Shown here: in pieces, positions 12,325 to 25,649 of the stretch
Numbering within the stretch: position 1 is the first letter of the stretch
Layout: each line of letters begins with the position of its first letter
NCBI GenBank assembly: GCA_030265395.1
Contig: JARFYF010000017.1
Coordinates: 15,995,352 to 16,059,351, forward strand
Reading direction: 5' to 3'
Source: Rhina ancylostomus
Lineage: Eukaryota
Length of the DNA stretch: 64,000 nt
Notes under the pieces: model-generated
What the model saw: the letters and a program-made list of their open reading frames with translations, nothing else
What the model was told of the DNA's origin: nothing
Databases searched by the model: none
Made by a program: the position numbers and the translations under genes

Positions 12325-13400
12325 AAAAACTCTCAGCAGGTCAGGCCGCATCTGCGGAAAGAGAAATAATATTAACGCTTCAGATTGAAGAACTTTTGAT
12401 AGAACTGGGAGAGGGGTAGGGAAATCAAGTTAAAGTTGCAGAGCAGGTAGGCGAGGGATGAATAGGACAAAATGAATATCTCTCCTCAGGTGAGGCCAGG
12501 GTTGCCATGGGGAAAAGTTGTCAAGATCATCCACCAGTCAATTGATTAATGAAAACATTTAGAGAGAGGAAAACTTTGATTCTTTATCCCATTCCTTTCT
12601 ACTGTCTCCCTGTGGCATCCTATGCAGTTATACTGATACCCAATGTAAACTTGAGGAATAGCACCTCATCTTCTGTCTGGACGGGTTGGACTCCCCTGGG
12701 CTTAATATCAAATTCTATATGTTGAGTAACTCTTGTTCCTGGTCTGGATCAGAACACATCAGTTCTGCTGTCAGCCATCAATCTGTCATATTGGCACAGT
12801 TTTATCACAGTTTGAGCTGCTGGGCATCACCGACAGTCTTGTATTTTGTATCCTTTCATGATCCATTGTCTGTAATCTCACTTACTAACTGGGCTCATCT
12901 TGTAGCCTTTGTTTCATATTTTTCTCTCTCTAACCCAATTTCACAAATAGATGAGTTATAGTTCAATATTGATACAGACAGGGGAGCGAGTTACCTCAAG
13001 TTGTCGAATTTGATATTGAGCCTGGATTGTTGCAACATGCCCAGAATGAGGAAGAGGTTCTGTCCCTCAAGCTTACATCAGGCATCTTTACACAGTGTAG
13101 AATACCACAGGCAGATAGATTAGAGTTGGAGTTGGATGAAGAAAGTTTTTCTCTCTCTAATTCTCCCCATTAACCCATTGACTGTACGATCTCCACAACT
13201 TATCTCCACAGCATCCTGGCTTCACCTTGTCAGAGATATTCCCTTTGTTCTATCCATCTCTTCACCAATCTCTCTGCAAATTAAACCTAACTTATTTTCT
13301 CTCTCGCCCAGTTCTGACACAGAGTGTTCATCCTGAAACATTAACTGGTTCTCTTTCCATAGATGCTTTTTCCGCCATTTTCTGTTTTGTTTTTATTGCA
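12325..13400. mobile_element. Penelope-like composite: two 3' remnants in inverted orientation
   Basis: KLEE*HLIFCL..GLNIKF-type GIY-YIG C-terminus on + (~12645-12720) and on - (~13000-13075). Terminal repeats at 12330 (+) and 13310-13400 (-). Confidence 0.65.
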
Positions 13401-13615
13401 ACCTCACATCTTGTTGCCTGATCCACAGTTTATCACAGAGACCGTGCTTGAGGAGTGTGGATCCTGTCCTTCGCATGGACAATGAAATTGACTTGGCAAT
13501 TATTCCAGAAATGTTACAGCGGCCGGCTACCATTGTGCTTTAGTCAAAATTTCATACAGCGTTACACTAATGATGCAACAAAGGATATTAGGACTCATGC
13601 AGAGGGTAAGTGTAC

Positions 13616-13811
13616 CTGGTGGCGGTTGCACAGATTCCAAGCAAGCATAAATGCAACCATTGTAACAGCAGCGTTTGTGCCTTTCACACTCAGAGTCTGA
13701 CCTGCAGCTGGGAACCTCACAGGCCCTATCTGGCAATGCCTGTGGGGGAGGTGGGCACCGATCGTTCTTCTGGTATTGTGATGAATGTGAAATCAGCTGA
13801 TACTCATAGTC
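13616..13811 (-). CDS. WFDC1: WFDC1 coding exon 2: WAP four-disulfide core domain
   Basis: ttcctgcag acceptor and G|GTACAC donor, 196 nt. Encodes C-x11-C-x4-C-x5-C-x5-CC-x3-C-x3-C (RCPPPPQALPDRACEVPSCRSDSECERHKRCCYNGCIYACLESV). Confidence 0.97.
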
Positions 13812-14659
13812 CTGCAGGAATGGATTTCAACAAAGACATAGATAATGTTAACTCATGTGACAAAAATCACATCAACCAATTCAAAAGTAATTCTGCCTTA
13901 CTACACTACTTGCCCATTTCCCCCATTTTACCCTATCAGGAATATTCCCTTTATCCTACCCACTCCTCCCACCACCTTCTCTGCAACTTAAGACTATCTT
14001 TTTTTTAAAATCTCTCTTTCCAAGTCCTTATGAAAAGTCTTTGACCTGGAAGGTTAACTCTCTTTCTCTTTGCACAGATGCTGCCTGACCTGCTGAGTGT
14101 TTCCAGCATTTTCTGTATTTATTTCATATTTCCAACATTTACAGTCTTGTTTTTAATTTTAATTTTCATAGTTACTGATTGTTTCTTTTATATTTACAAT
14201 ATAGAGCATTTTCAGTGGTAGCTGGCCACAATGACAAGAAACGCAGCCACCTTGTTACCCTGTCCAGGCTTTAACTGAGGGAGACAATTTTTTTTGAATT
14301 TTCATTTTCCAGCACCCACAGTACTTTTACTTTGCAGTAAAGTTCACAGCATTTTCCTTTAAACGTGCATGAGCACAATCACCAGTTCTAATGAATTTTA
14401 GTTGTCCCATTTAGATTTCATCAAACAACATGACATTAAACAGAGCTTTCTCTATCCCCAGACAGACCAACAGTAAAGGGGATTAAAGGATGGGGCTGAG
14501 CAGCTCAGTGTCACACCTTAGAAATCATGGATGGATGTGGTTGAGGAATGCAGGATGCTGCCACACTGTGGACAAAACCAGGATAGTTTCCAGCTCTTAG
14601 CAAATTCAGGTGACAGAAAATAGGATTGGGCAATTCAAATACCATTATGGCTGATTATC

Positions 14660-15190
14660 TCCTTCAGTGCCCTGTTGACTTGTGCATGACTTGCCGACTA
14701 TTATACTTAATGCCCTGACCAGCGAAGGCAAGTATGCTGTNNNNNNNNNNNNNNNNNNNNNNNNNNNNNNNNNNNNNNNNNNNNNNNNNNNNNNNNNNNN
14801 NNNNNNNNNNNNNNNNNNNNNNNNNNNNNNNNNNNNNNNNNNNNNNNNNNNNNNNNNNNNNNNNTTCCACTTGCATTTGACCTCCCAAGATGGACCACCT
14901 CACACTTGTCCAGATTAATTCTATCTGCCATTTCGCCGTCCAAATTTCCAACTTATCTATATCCTGCTGTATCCTTTGTACCTCCTGCATATCATCATCC
15001 CTTCTAAATGCTTGCTGTACCCGAATGCTTACTTTCAGCAATTGGTGTTCAAGGACACCCAGGTGTCAATACACCTTTCATTTTCCCATTCTATCACCAT
15101 TTAGATATTATAGAAACAAAGTCAGTAACCTCACATTTATCCACTTTGTACTGCATCTGTCATGCATTTGCCCATTCATCCAACTTGTCT
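14660..15190 (-). mobile_element. CR1 LINE RT fragment(s)
   Basis: RIQQDIDKLEIWTAKWQIE / NLDKCEVVHLGRSN / LAFAGQGIKY, frameshifted. Confidence 0.85.
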
Positions 15191-16283
15191 GTGCATCCTC
15201 CTCACAGTGCATGTTCCCCCTCTCTCCCGTCTTCCCGATGTGTCTGGGAAGTTATTTGTGTGCTCCTTTGTGAAGACAGAATCAATCCATGCGTTTAATT
15301 TTTCTGCCATTTCTTTGTTGTCAATTATATTTTACTCAATTTCTGACTGTAGTGAAGCTAAATTTATCTTCGCTAACCTTTTTAATCTTCACGTATTTAT
15401 AGTGACTCTGACAGTCGGTTTTTATGTACAATCCATAGTACTATTACTAACTTGATTACAATCTAGATGTATATCAAAGATACCCACGGTCCCAGTTGCA
15501 CCCTTATTGCATGCAACTTTAATTTGTGACTAGGTGTTTCTTTGTTCCACCCATACATATTCCACAGCATGATTTTCCGAGCCAATATCCTTCATAACCA
15601 TTGCATTGATTTCCTCTTTTACCATCAACACCACTTGGCCTCCTTTCCCTCTTTGCCTGTTATTCAATTCAGAATCAGAATCAGGTTATTATCACTGACT
15701 TGTATGTCGTGAAATTTGTTGTTTTGTGGCAGCAATTTGACCAAGATGAAGAAATACTTTGTGTAGCTTGGCAATATTTTTTATATTATTGCCAGTCCTT
15801 GAACCCAAGGTACAGACTGGGCTAAAAAAAAATTAAAAGGACAACTCCTCTTTCCATTGAATGCACAACAATTTGAAATAGTTTTATTAGTTTAGCAAAA
15901 TAGCATTCTACAGTCCTGCAGGTGGCAGTAGTTAGTAAATAGGCAACATACAAGACTGCCTTAACCACTGACTGATGAAACTCTCTGACTTTGATAGTGA
16001 AAGAAAACCTATCACAAAAACAAAATCTCTGCAAAGGCTGGATTAAAAAAGAGAAAATGCCAGAAATACTCAGCAGGACAGATTGCATCTATGAAGACAG
16101 AAATAATCATTATGGTCAGCAGAAAGCAGGGCACTAACTGGAGCTCTCACTTTGAGCTGCATTCATCAACAAAGTATCAAAGGCAAACAGGGTGAAATTT
16201 GCTGTAGAAATTCACCTCCATTGTGTTTCAAGCTCTTTCTCTGTTGAACTTTAAAAAAATACCTTACTACAGGATTTTCAGTA

Positions 16284-16500
16284 AAACAGAAAAAGCTGGA
16301 AATACTCAGCAGGTCAAGCAGAACCTGTGGAGGGAGATGCAGAGATAATGTTTCAGCTCTTTCCTTTCCCTCAGCCAGCTTTGGTGAAAGGTTAGGAACA
16401 CTAACTCTGTTTCCCTCTCTGCAGATACTGCCACGTTTACTGATTACTTCCAGTATTTTCTGTTCAATTTCAGATTTCCAGCATCTGCTGTGTTTTGCTC
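16284..16500. repeat. Inverted pair of the abundant GATGCTGGAAAT...CAGCAGGTCAGGCAGCATCTG short repeat
   Basis: 16284-16355 is approximately the reverse complement of 16400-16465. About 20 more dispersed copies (e.g. 835, 7900, 14040, 16050, 17450, 18335, 28095, 36680, 39805, 42285, 43770, 44067, 50105, 55635, 57850). Confidence 0.8.
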
Positions 16501-17009
16501 TTATATAATAGGAATTTTAAAGTTTCACCTCTGAATTCAGTTACCTTAGTGTTTAGGCAGGAAAATAATGTTAAAAAAGATGTTTGTTATCTGAAAATGT
16601 TATCTGAAAAATCTGAAAATATCTAAAAAATACCCAACATGTACAGCCCGTACATACAATCAAGCACGAGGGAGACCAGCAGGATGGATTCGCTGCCTTC
16701 TGCAGCCTGGGAACTCTGTTTGTGGTTGCATTTCCGATTTGTGGACTGTCAGGGTTAGGAACAATTCACAGGAATTGAACCATACAATAATTTGGGGACA
16801 ACCTGCACTGATAAATGTAAAATGTAGTCAAAATGATTCAAAAGTGCAAGATATTAGATCTGTAATAACAGATAATAGGAACTGTTTGGCAATAAAAGGG
16901 CAAAATCTAGCTGCTTCATCAGAATTCAGTACTGGCAGCTGGACGGTTTCATGTGAATGGAGTTGGTGACTATTCCCAATGATCTGTTTCACTTATCATT
17001 ATATAATAG

Positions 17010-17310
17010 ACGCACAGTGGTGCAGTGGGTATAGCTGCTGCCCCATAGCTCCAGCGACCTGGCTCCAACCCTGACCTCCAGTGCAGTGTGTGGCTGTGTG
17101 GGTTTCTCGCAGGTGCTCCCATTTCTTCCCAAATCCCAAAGACGTGTGGGTTGGTGGGTTAACTGGCCACTGTAAATTGCCCCTTATGTATAGGTGACTG
17201 GTAGAACCTCGGGGTAGCTGATGGGGATGTAAGATTAGTGTAAATGGGTGCTTGATAGTCAGTATGGAATTGGAAGGGCTTACTTTAGTGTTGTATGATT
17301 CTACAATTCT
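17010..17310 (+). mobile_element. tRNA-derived V-SINE-like SINE (older subfamily)
   Basis: GCACAGTGGTGCAGTGG head, TTCCCAAATCCCAAAGACGTG core, CR1-like tail. Confidence 0.85.
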
Positions 17311-19239
17311 AAAAATATGACGAGGAAATTAGTTTTTTTAATATATTGATTAATTTCCTGCCCAAACATTTAAGTAAATGTTTTTGAAGGTGAAAATATG
17401 ATGGTTCCTATTGCAAAGGCCAAAATACCACTGAGGCTGAAGGTCTTAAATAGAACAGAAAATGCAGGAAATACTCAGCAGATCAGGGAACCTCAGTGGA
17501 GAAGGAAATAGATGACCTTTCATAAGAACTGCTCAAGTGCTTTGGAAGAGAAATTCACAATACAGTGAAGCGCTCTACTCCACTTCCAAAATATGGTTCC
17601 ATCAGCTTTAATGGAGCAGAATTTCAGAAAGGGGTGTACAATAAGAGGCCCATTAAGTACTACTGGTTGAGGGCAATGGGTCCAAAGTCACTTTTTATCT
17701 CCCAGGCAGACTACACTTACCACATATCGTGACAGAGACATTCAAAGTGATTTAAAACAATCAGACACCCAGTAATTCAGCTGAAGGCTTGGTGATTAAA
17801 TAAGATGTTCATTCTTGCCCCATGTACATCAGTAAATTTCATTAAACGTACATCCTGCTGATGTTTTCTCAACTCAGCCAGTTTGTAAGGGAGATGCTAT
17901 GACATGTACCTGGATTCTTTGCCTGGTAAAAGGGGAAAACCACCAGCTAAAGTTCCTACTTGTGCATGCTAGTCAATGATCTAAACTGCAGTTGTGAATC
18001 TGGGTACCAAGAAGGACACATTAGATCTGACTACCATGGTGTCACAGTCAGTCAGCCTTAGAGAAAAGGTTCAGACATAAAGGAGCGCCACTTAAATAAG
18101 CTACTATTAGCATCTGCCAAAGTGGCAAATTCGTCACTGGTCTGAAATTATAGATCCTAAATGTTTCAGACAAATGCAGTCAGAAGCAGGGATTTATTCT
18201 GATGGTGGAGGGGTGGAGGTTGGTGTAGTGGTTATGGAGGGAACCAATACAAGCTAAGTCAGTACATACATTTGTTGAGGGACATCATGTGCTACTCGTA
18301 GGATACATGGTAAACCTGAAACAATCAGACAGAAACATTCAGCAGGTCGAGCAGTATCTGTGAAAAGAGAAACTACATCAACTTTTCAGGTCAAAGACCC
18401 TTCATCTGATTTCTCACAGTTCTTATGACTTTGATGTACATGACAAGCTTCTTTGACAATATGTTAAAGCCCACTACCACAAGATGTTGATTGAACCATC
18501 TAAAATAGGGGCAAACTACTCAATTGTCCTGCTGCTCCTGCTAATTCACAGCTTTGCAACCAATGTTTGAACTGTGCCAGGCACTCCCTTTGTCCCTTGG
18601 AATTTTCACTCTGGCAAAGAGTCTCTCAAACCACTGTTAATCTCACACATGTAGCAAGGAGTCTGATGTATTTATCTATAATCACTGTTCCATGAAATGA
18701 ATAAGCTCGTTTCAAGAAGTCTAATTTTAGTTCCCTCATTTTATTAGTCATATTAGATACACATTCAATTTATAATTTCTAAGCTAATTGAATTTATATT
18801 GAAAATAATATGCAGAATATTTTACGCCTGATTTATCAAGGAAAAGTTTCCCAGATATCGGGAAAGAAAGATGCACCGAGGTTGCAGCTTTTCTATTCTA
18901 GGACCAGAACCAAAAGATATCTCCTCCTTTTCAATTGGACGTTGTATATGGAGCTCCAGAGATATTTGAAAGAGACTTATGGACATTTGATAGGCATTTT
19001 TGACATATACAAAGGGATGATTGGCTGATAACCCTCACATCTGAAGAGGAACACATGAGCAACACTTATATCCTGAGGGTTCTTTGTGGATTTAGCCACG
19101 TTGGATTCATCTGAACAGAATGCAACATTGTGTTTGAACATTTGATATATTTTTCTTTGCAAAATTAACCAATTTTTATGTAGTTCTAAAAAATTCAGCT
19201 ATTTCTAGTGGTGCAATGTAAACCATAAAGTAATTTCCA

Positions 19240-19750
19240 TAGTGTTCTGCTACTTCTCTTGAAGGTTAACTGATCGGATTGTTCCTACTTTCCAACCAGA
19301 TAACTTCTCAAAGGTCACTGGAAGCAGAGTCTGAATATTTTTAAGGCAGAGAAAGATGAATTCTTGATGAACTACGAGCTGAAAGGTTACCAGAGTGAGG
19401 TGGGAATGTGGTGTTGATGTTACATTGACATCAACTTCTTCCCCACTACCATCAACTTCCTGAACTGACCCGAAAAAACCCATATATTACCTCAGACTAC
19501 ATTTCTTTCCCTCTCTCTCTCAACTTGCACTAATGTTGTTACATTTATTTTGTCATGTAATGTTTTATGTTAATTTAAGTTTATTTGTCATGTTTGTTCT
19601 GTACAGTGCTGCTGCTGCAAAAAGCTAATTTTCATGGCATTTATAACTCATGTCTACATGCCCATGGCAATAAACATGAAGAACTTGATCTGATTAAATA
19701 GAGGAGAAGGCTCAAAAGGTCTGCTCCTGCTCCTAATTCATATGCTCATA
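19240..19750 (+). mobile_element. CR1 tail remnant interrupted by a Rex1-type LINE 3' end (~19430-19685)
   Basis: AACTTCTTCCCCACTACCATC...GCTGCTGCAAAAAGCTAATTTTCATGGC...CAATAAAC set within CR1 tail-like sequence. Confidence 0.55.
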
Positions 19751-20299
19751 CAATATGTATGTATGTACAGCCTTTTTGGTCTATACTGCTTATATTTCAT
19801 GCAGACTGACCTGCTCATGGACATCTCATATATTTTGAAAGTTATATTTGATATTATTAAATTTTCTAAATGAATTGTTCTAGGTGTTTGAAATTAGTGT
19901 TTTTTTTCCCAGTTTTAGCTGTGACTTTTGCTTTTTACTTGTTCATGTTTTGGCTATTATAGAATGCGTGGTAAATATGGCACTGCCTGAGAATTCAGTA
20001 TAACAAGAGCTTGTGGATTTCACACTTTAACTGCATGAATATGTTGTTTTTATTGTAAGCAACACATGTCCATCAACTTCTAGACCTACAACAGCCAGCT
20101 TTATGTTGAAACATGGTTTGAACTTGCATTAGGATACATGCATGTCCCTTCCTTTTCTCAACCCTTCTGCGAGAGTGAGAAGTCATGAAAGGTATACAAA
20201 CATGACAAAAGACAGCAACAAGACTGAGATCGTCTTGAACTAATGCTGGTTCCAATCTCAACTAGGAATAATGCCTGCATGGTTTTGTTTTCAATTATT

Positions 20300-20870
20300 C
20301 ATTTCTCAGGACATGAGCATCACTTGCAAGGCCAGCATTTATTACCCATCCCTACATGCCTTTGAGAAGGTGGCAGTGAGCTTCCTTATTGAATCACTGC
20401 AGGCCTGCTGGTGAAGGTGCCCTTACATTGCTGGTGACTAAGGAGTTCCAGGATTCAGACCCAGTGAAAATAAAAAAAAGGAAAATAATTTCCAAGTCAT
20501 TGAAAGTAAATGATGTCACTTGAAGGGGAACCCATTTGTTCACACCCTCTGTACCCCACAGTGGTAGAGTTTATTGGTTTGGAGGTGCTATTGAAGTGGC
20601 TTTCTGCATTTTGTAGATGTTACACACTGCAGCTACTGTGTACCAATGGTGGAGGTTAATGAATGTTTAGGGTGGTGAATGGGGTGCTGACCCAGCAGGT
20701 TGCTTTACCCTGGATGGTGCTGCACTTCCTGAGAATGGTTGGAGCTGTATATATCCAGGCAAGTGCAAGGTATTCCACCACATTCCCAATTTGTGCTGAA
20801 AAGGCTTTGGGGTGTCGGAAGGCAAGTCACTTTCACAAGATAACCAGCTTCTGATCTGCTGTCCTAACCA
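20300..20870 (-). mobile_element. L2-like LINE 3' remnant
   Basis: GCAAGGCCAGCATTTATTACCCATCCCTA..CTTTGAGAAGGTGG terminus shared with 29985-30740; reverse complement of the 5460-5560 segment. Confidence 0.7.
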
Positions 20871-20916
20871 ATCAAGCACAAATCAGGATATGTAACAATA
20901 TTTACAACATCTAGAC

Positions 20917-21487
20917 AGGCATGTCCCTGTTGACCCTCACCAATTTTTATAAATGCACCATAGAAAGCATCCTATCTGGATGCACCATAGCTTGGTACAG
21001 CAACTGCTCTGCCCAAGACCACAAGAAATTGCAGAGAGCTGTGGACGCAGCTCAGTCCATCATGAAAACCAGCCTCCCCTCCACAGACTTATCTACTCTT
21101 CTCACTGCCTTGGAAAAGCAGCCAGCATAATTAAAGACCCCTCCCACCCTGAACATTCCCTCTTCTCCCCCCCTCCCATCAGGCAGAAGATACAAAAGCT
21201 TGAAAATAGGTACCACCAGGCTCAAGGACAGCTTCTCTCCCACTGTTATCAGACTCTTGCACCGACCTCTTGTGCGTTAAAGATGAACTTTTTTTCTCTC
21301 AGTCTGGCTCATTATGGCCCTTGCACCTTAGCTGTCTATCTGCACTGCACTTTCTCTGTAACTGTAACACTATATTCTGCATTCTTTTATTGTCTTTTCA
21401 AAACATAAGTACCTGTACTTATGTTTTGAAAAGATCTGTATGGATAGCTTGCACTGCATCCCCGGTACATGTATCAATAATAAACCA
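20917..21487 (+). mobile_element. Rex1/Babar-type LINE 3' end (ORF C-terminus plus 3' UTR)
   Basis: LTNFYKCTIESILSGCTIAWYSNCSAQDHKKLQRAV and SIIKDPSHPEHSLFSP, then RLKDSF and an AATAATAAA tail. Confidence 0.88.
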
Positions 21488-22766
21488 ATGGGTCAAAGAC
21501 AATTATTGCCATGCTATAGCAAGATTAATGGTGGCGAAATATTTCAGGATGTTACAAAGGAATTTTTTTAAATTATTTAAATTTCACAGGCAAATAAGAG
21601 TCATCAGCAAGTAATAACTTGCTGTTCTCCGTCTAGGACCAAGAGTCTACTACATTGTGCAAAGTCATTGACTAAGAAGGGATAGTTTCGACAACATGCT
21701 TTTACCTTCAAGTGTGGAAACAGTGGATCCGCAGAAATGCAACTGAAAAGGGGAGCCAAGCACCTCAGCTGTGTAGTGTTGCTAACAGCAGGGTCACAGG
21801 ATAAAAAGTCTTATGCGGCCACTGAGTCTGGAAACCAAAAGGGGGACCCACCCTGTATACTGGAAATGGCCTAATGCATATTCCAGTTTCCACTTACACA
21901 GTGGTTTTGTTTACTTTTCTGGGGAATCTGCCTCACACTTAAAAAGCGGCAGAGTAGCACTGAAACCAACATGTAAACTGAAACACTCAGTGACAAAAAG
22001 GTTGTCAGAGCTGTAACCTCCAGGCTGTGGACTGGGAGCTGGGAAGCAGGAGTGAACTATTGAGCTCCACTTTTGGTTGTCATGCATATGAATCAGATCA
22101 ATAGCCTTGTTCTATGCCAGAAATCTCTACAATTGATTTTGCCTTTGACGTGCTTCATTTTTTGAATTCAAAAGGTTCCTTATTATCCACAGATTGAGCA
22201 CATGGACATACTTTTAACATTATGGTTCTCTAAACTGTATCAATCAGCCAGTAAATAAGCACTGGGACATTTGACAGTCATGTAAAATATCTCGTAAAAA
22301 CACAGAATACCACTCATAAAGGAATCCATTCATTCATTCTTCTTTAGTGTCCAACACTTTGTTATTTGAACTCCTTGGGCCTTTCAAAATCCAGTACCAG
22401 AAAGGAAGGCCTGGGGCAATAAATTCTTCCACCCTTAAATACATGGGGCTACAACTGGGGCCCAGGCCATTTCTTCTGGTGTCAGAGGGGGAGGTTGGGG
22501 AGAGAAGGAGCATTCCATCACTGCTCCTTGTGCAACAGCCAACTTATCCAACTACAAGTGTTAAGCTGTTATTATCCAATCAATATCATAGACTCAGCAA
22601 AACTGATCCTGTGTTGACTGGCAGAGGCTAAAAAGGACTTGACCACTAAGGCACACCAGCATAGGAAGATGAGATGTAACTTAATACTTGTGTGGCTGCT
22701 GTGGATACATAACCACCTCTACGCACTCGGCTGGAGAAAAGTCACCCTGCTTCTACCATAGGTGAA

Positions 22767-23065
22767 TGGCAGCACAATGATGGAGCAAGTAGTGCTGCTG
22801 CCTCACAGCTCCGGTGACCTGGGTTCAATCCTGACCTTTGGTGCTGTCTAAGTGATGTTTGCACGTTCCCCCTGTGACCGCATGGGTTGCCCCCCAGATG
22901 CTCTGGTTTCCTCCCACATCCCAAGGAAAAGTGCTGATGATTGGCGGTTAGCAGGTGAACTTGGGAGGAATTGATAGGCATGTGAGAGAGAACAAGGGGG
23001 GGTGGGAGAATGGAAAAGAATGGGATTGATCAGAGAGAACGGGCCAGATGGCCTCCTTTAATGTA
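22767..23065 (+). mobile_element. tRNA-derived V-SINE-like SINE
   Basis: GCTGCCTCACAGCTCC..GGGTTCAATCC B box, GGTTTCCTCCCACATCCCAA core. Confidence 0.85.
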
Positions 23066-23169
23066 AGGAGGAGGAATTGGATGAGTCATGATTGCCCTTT
23101 TTGTGGAAATTTTAAAAATATCTGGTAAACTATTAATTGCACTGTTTTGTTCTTACATACAAATTCTGA

Positions 23170-23463
23170 TTATAGATTCCGCTTTTACAGAGGTCCATAA
23201 CTCGATTTTGTCCTTAAGTTGGAAACTACACAAAAATCACTCAGTACGGTAACCATACCTCCACAGTATTGTAACGAACGGCATCAAAAGCACAAGACTA
23301 ATAAGTAACAATTACTAGAAGTGGAGAGAGGAAACTAGTTCTGCCATTCTTAGGAATGAATGTATGTATGTACATCAGTCTTTTGAATGTAATGATGTTA
23401 TGGGAGCTTGTTTGTATGTGGAAGTGTCCGTAGGTTGAGTGTTCGTAACCCAGGAACAGCCTG
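23170..23463 (-). mobile_element. Tc1/mariner (Tigger-like) MITE, partial second copy
   Basis: Reverse-complement homolog of 55830-56149. Ends GTTCGTAACCCAGGAACAGCCTG followed by TA. Confidence 0.8.
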
Positions 23464-23484
23464 TACTGAGCAAGTCAACTTTGT

Positions 23485-24360
23485 TGGAACATGAGATGCA
23501 GGAAACAGCTGGTCAGTCAGCCCAAGCTCATTCCAGTGTTCAATGAGATTGTGGCTCCTCTATTTTCTTAACTCCAACCTGGCAACAACCCTCCACTCCA
23601 GCAGAAATCTTTGCCTTTCAATTTGAAAATTAATTGAGCAAGTATCAGCTCCTTTTTTTGGAAGGCATCCCCAGCTGGTGTGTTACAAAATGACTTCTTA
23701 ATGCTCCGTTCTTTCTCATAGGCGCCCTGATCAGCAGAGAATGTTCTCTCTTGCTCTATTGTACCAATTTCTTTCAAAACCCTAAACCTAGAAAAAAACA
23801 GTCAAGTCACCAATTAACCTTATGTTCCAGTGAATACAGAACTAGTTTATGCAAGCTCTCATAAACTAAGCTTGAGTTCCTGGGTACAATATGGTAAGTG
23901 AACACTATACCCTCTCCAATCTTCTCCAGGGCTGATCAGCACCTTGAACTTTACACAATGTTCCAGGAATAATATGATCAGAGCTTCTAAAGCTCAGCAT
24001 GACTTCCTCTCCTTTCTGTTCTAGCCCTCTAGTTGTGCAGGTTAACACATCATTAGCCTTTCTGTTTATGTTCTGTCCCCAATTACTGGATTTTAGTAAT
24101 CTGTGTGCGTGAATCTTACATCACTTTGGACCTTCACTGTGTCTAGCTTTTCACTGCTTCAATACTAATTAGACTGGTTTCCTTTCTCAGTTCGATTAAA
24201 TGACCTTGCATTTGTGTGCTCTGCAATTCATCTCCCACAGTATTGCACACTCATTTAACCTATTATTGTCTTGTAGATTTATGCTCTCATCTACATCACA
24301 TACCACACCAGCAAACTTCGAGTCACCACCAGCTTGCTAGCCCCATCATATTATCCATAT
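23485..24360 (-). mobile_element. Old CR1 LINE remnant
   Basis: Begins with a CR1 tail on minus (GAACATGAGATGCAGGAAACAG...), followed by decayed RT C-terminal sequence. Confidence 0.55.
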
Positions 24361-25649
24361 CATTAAAAAAATTCTTGTGGACACAACTGGTCACTTATTT
24401 CAGAGTGCATCACTACTATAAAGCCTTAGTCATACAGCAAGATCCTTTGATTTACTGTGTCTGTGCCGACCATCAAGCACTCATTTACACTAATCCTATA
24501 GTAACCCCATTTTATTCTCCCCACATTATCTTTACTGTTTTCTACTGCCAGTCTAATCTAATAGAGGTCAATAATTTGTACAGGGATTGCCCATGTTATG
24601 GATGACCTACTAAATTTCTAATCCAACTTTATGCAAATTCTCTCATACATTTTAAAATATTTCTAAGATAGTAATAATAATGTTTCATGGGGTTCATTAA
24701 TGACTGGATATAGTAATACATTCAACTAGTTCAATTATGGGTAGTGTTAAGGTGATTATTCAATCAAATGAAATTATAGCAAGTATATGTAGAGCAAGAT
24801 GATATGGGTAGCTCTAGAAAACAGACATTTCTGACTTAGAAATATTGGCTTATGGATGGTTCTCAGGAATGGAACCCTTATATAACCTGGGAACTTTAAC
24901 TTCAATAGAGATTCTCTTACATGATATCCAATGCCATGTAGAGGCGCATATAAACTATACAAAGGCACTCTTTATGCTGGTTAGTCATTTCCTCACAAAA
25001 ATTTGATCAGCTTAGTTACATGTAGCCTACCCTACTGAATCTCTAATTTGTTCAAAGGTTTGTACATGCGCAGTCATTTTGTCCTTAAATATAGATTCTA
25101 ATATTTTTCCCCAAAAACCAATAGGGATGTGGTTTCCAGGCTTCATTCACCTTTCAGGTTCTAGGAATATGTTGATCCCTGTCACAATTCTTGCCCAGCT
25201 CCAACAGCTCAGCTGACAGTGGCAGCAATTGGCACTGTGAACTTTTAGCACAGTGTTAAATGACCACTGCAACAAAATCTGGGTCATGGAGTACACTGTA
25301 AGCATAAACACCAGTATTTGAATGTCATAACTGCAAATATAAGGTAGGATTATAATCACATTACACTGCATAAATCAATAAAATGCATGTGCTTGATCAG
25401 TTAAAATACATGCAGGTTCCGTGACCTTGAGATAACAGCAAGTACCAAATCACAAATAAAAAAACTTAATTTCCATGTACACCTAATGAAAAAATAGGTA
25501 TCATCCTGCTCAGACATGATGTGACTACTGTATAGTCATAAGAGAAGCANNNNNNNNNNNNNNNNNNNNNNNNNNNNNNNNNNNNNNNNNNNNNNNNNNN
25601 NNNNNNNNNNNNNNNNNNNNNNNNNNNNNNNNNNNNNNNNNNNNNNNNN

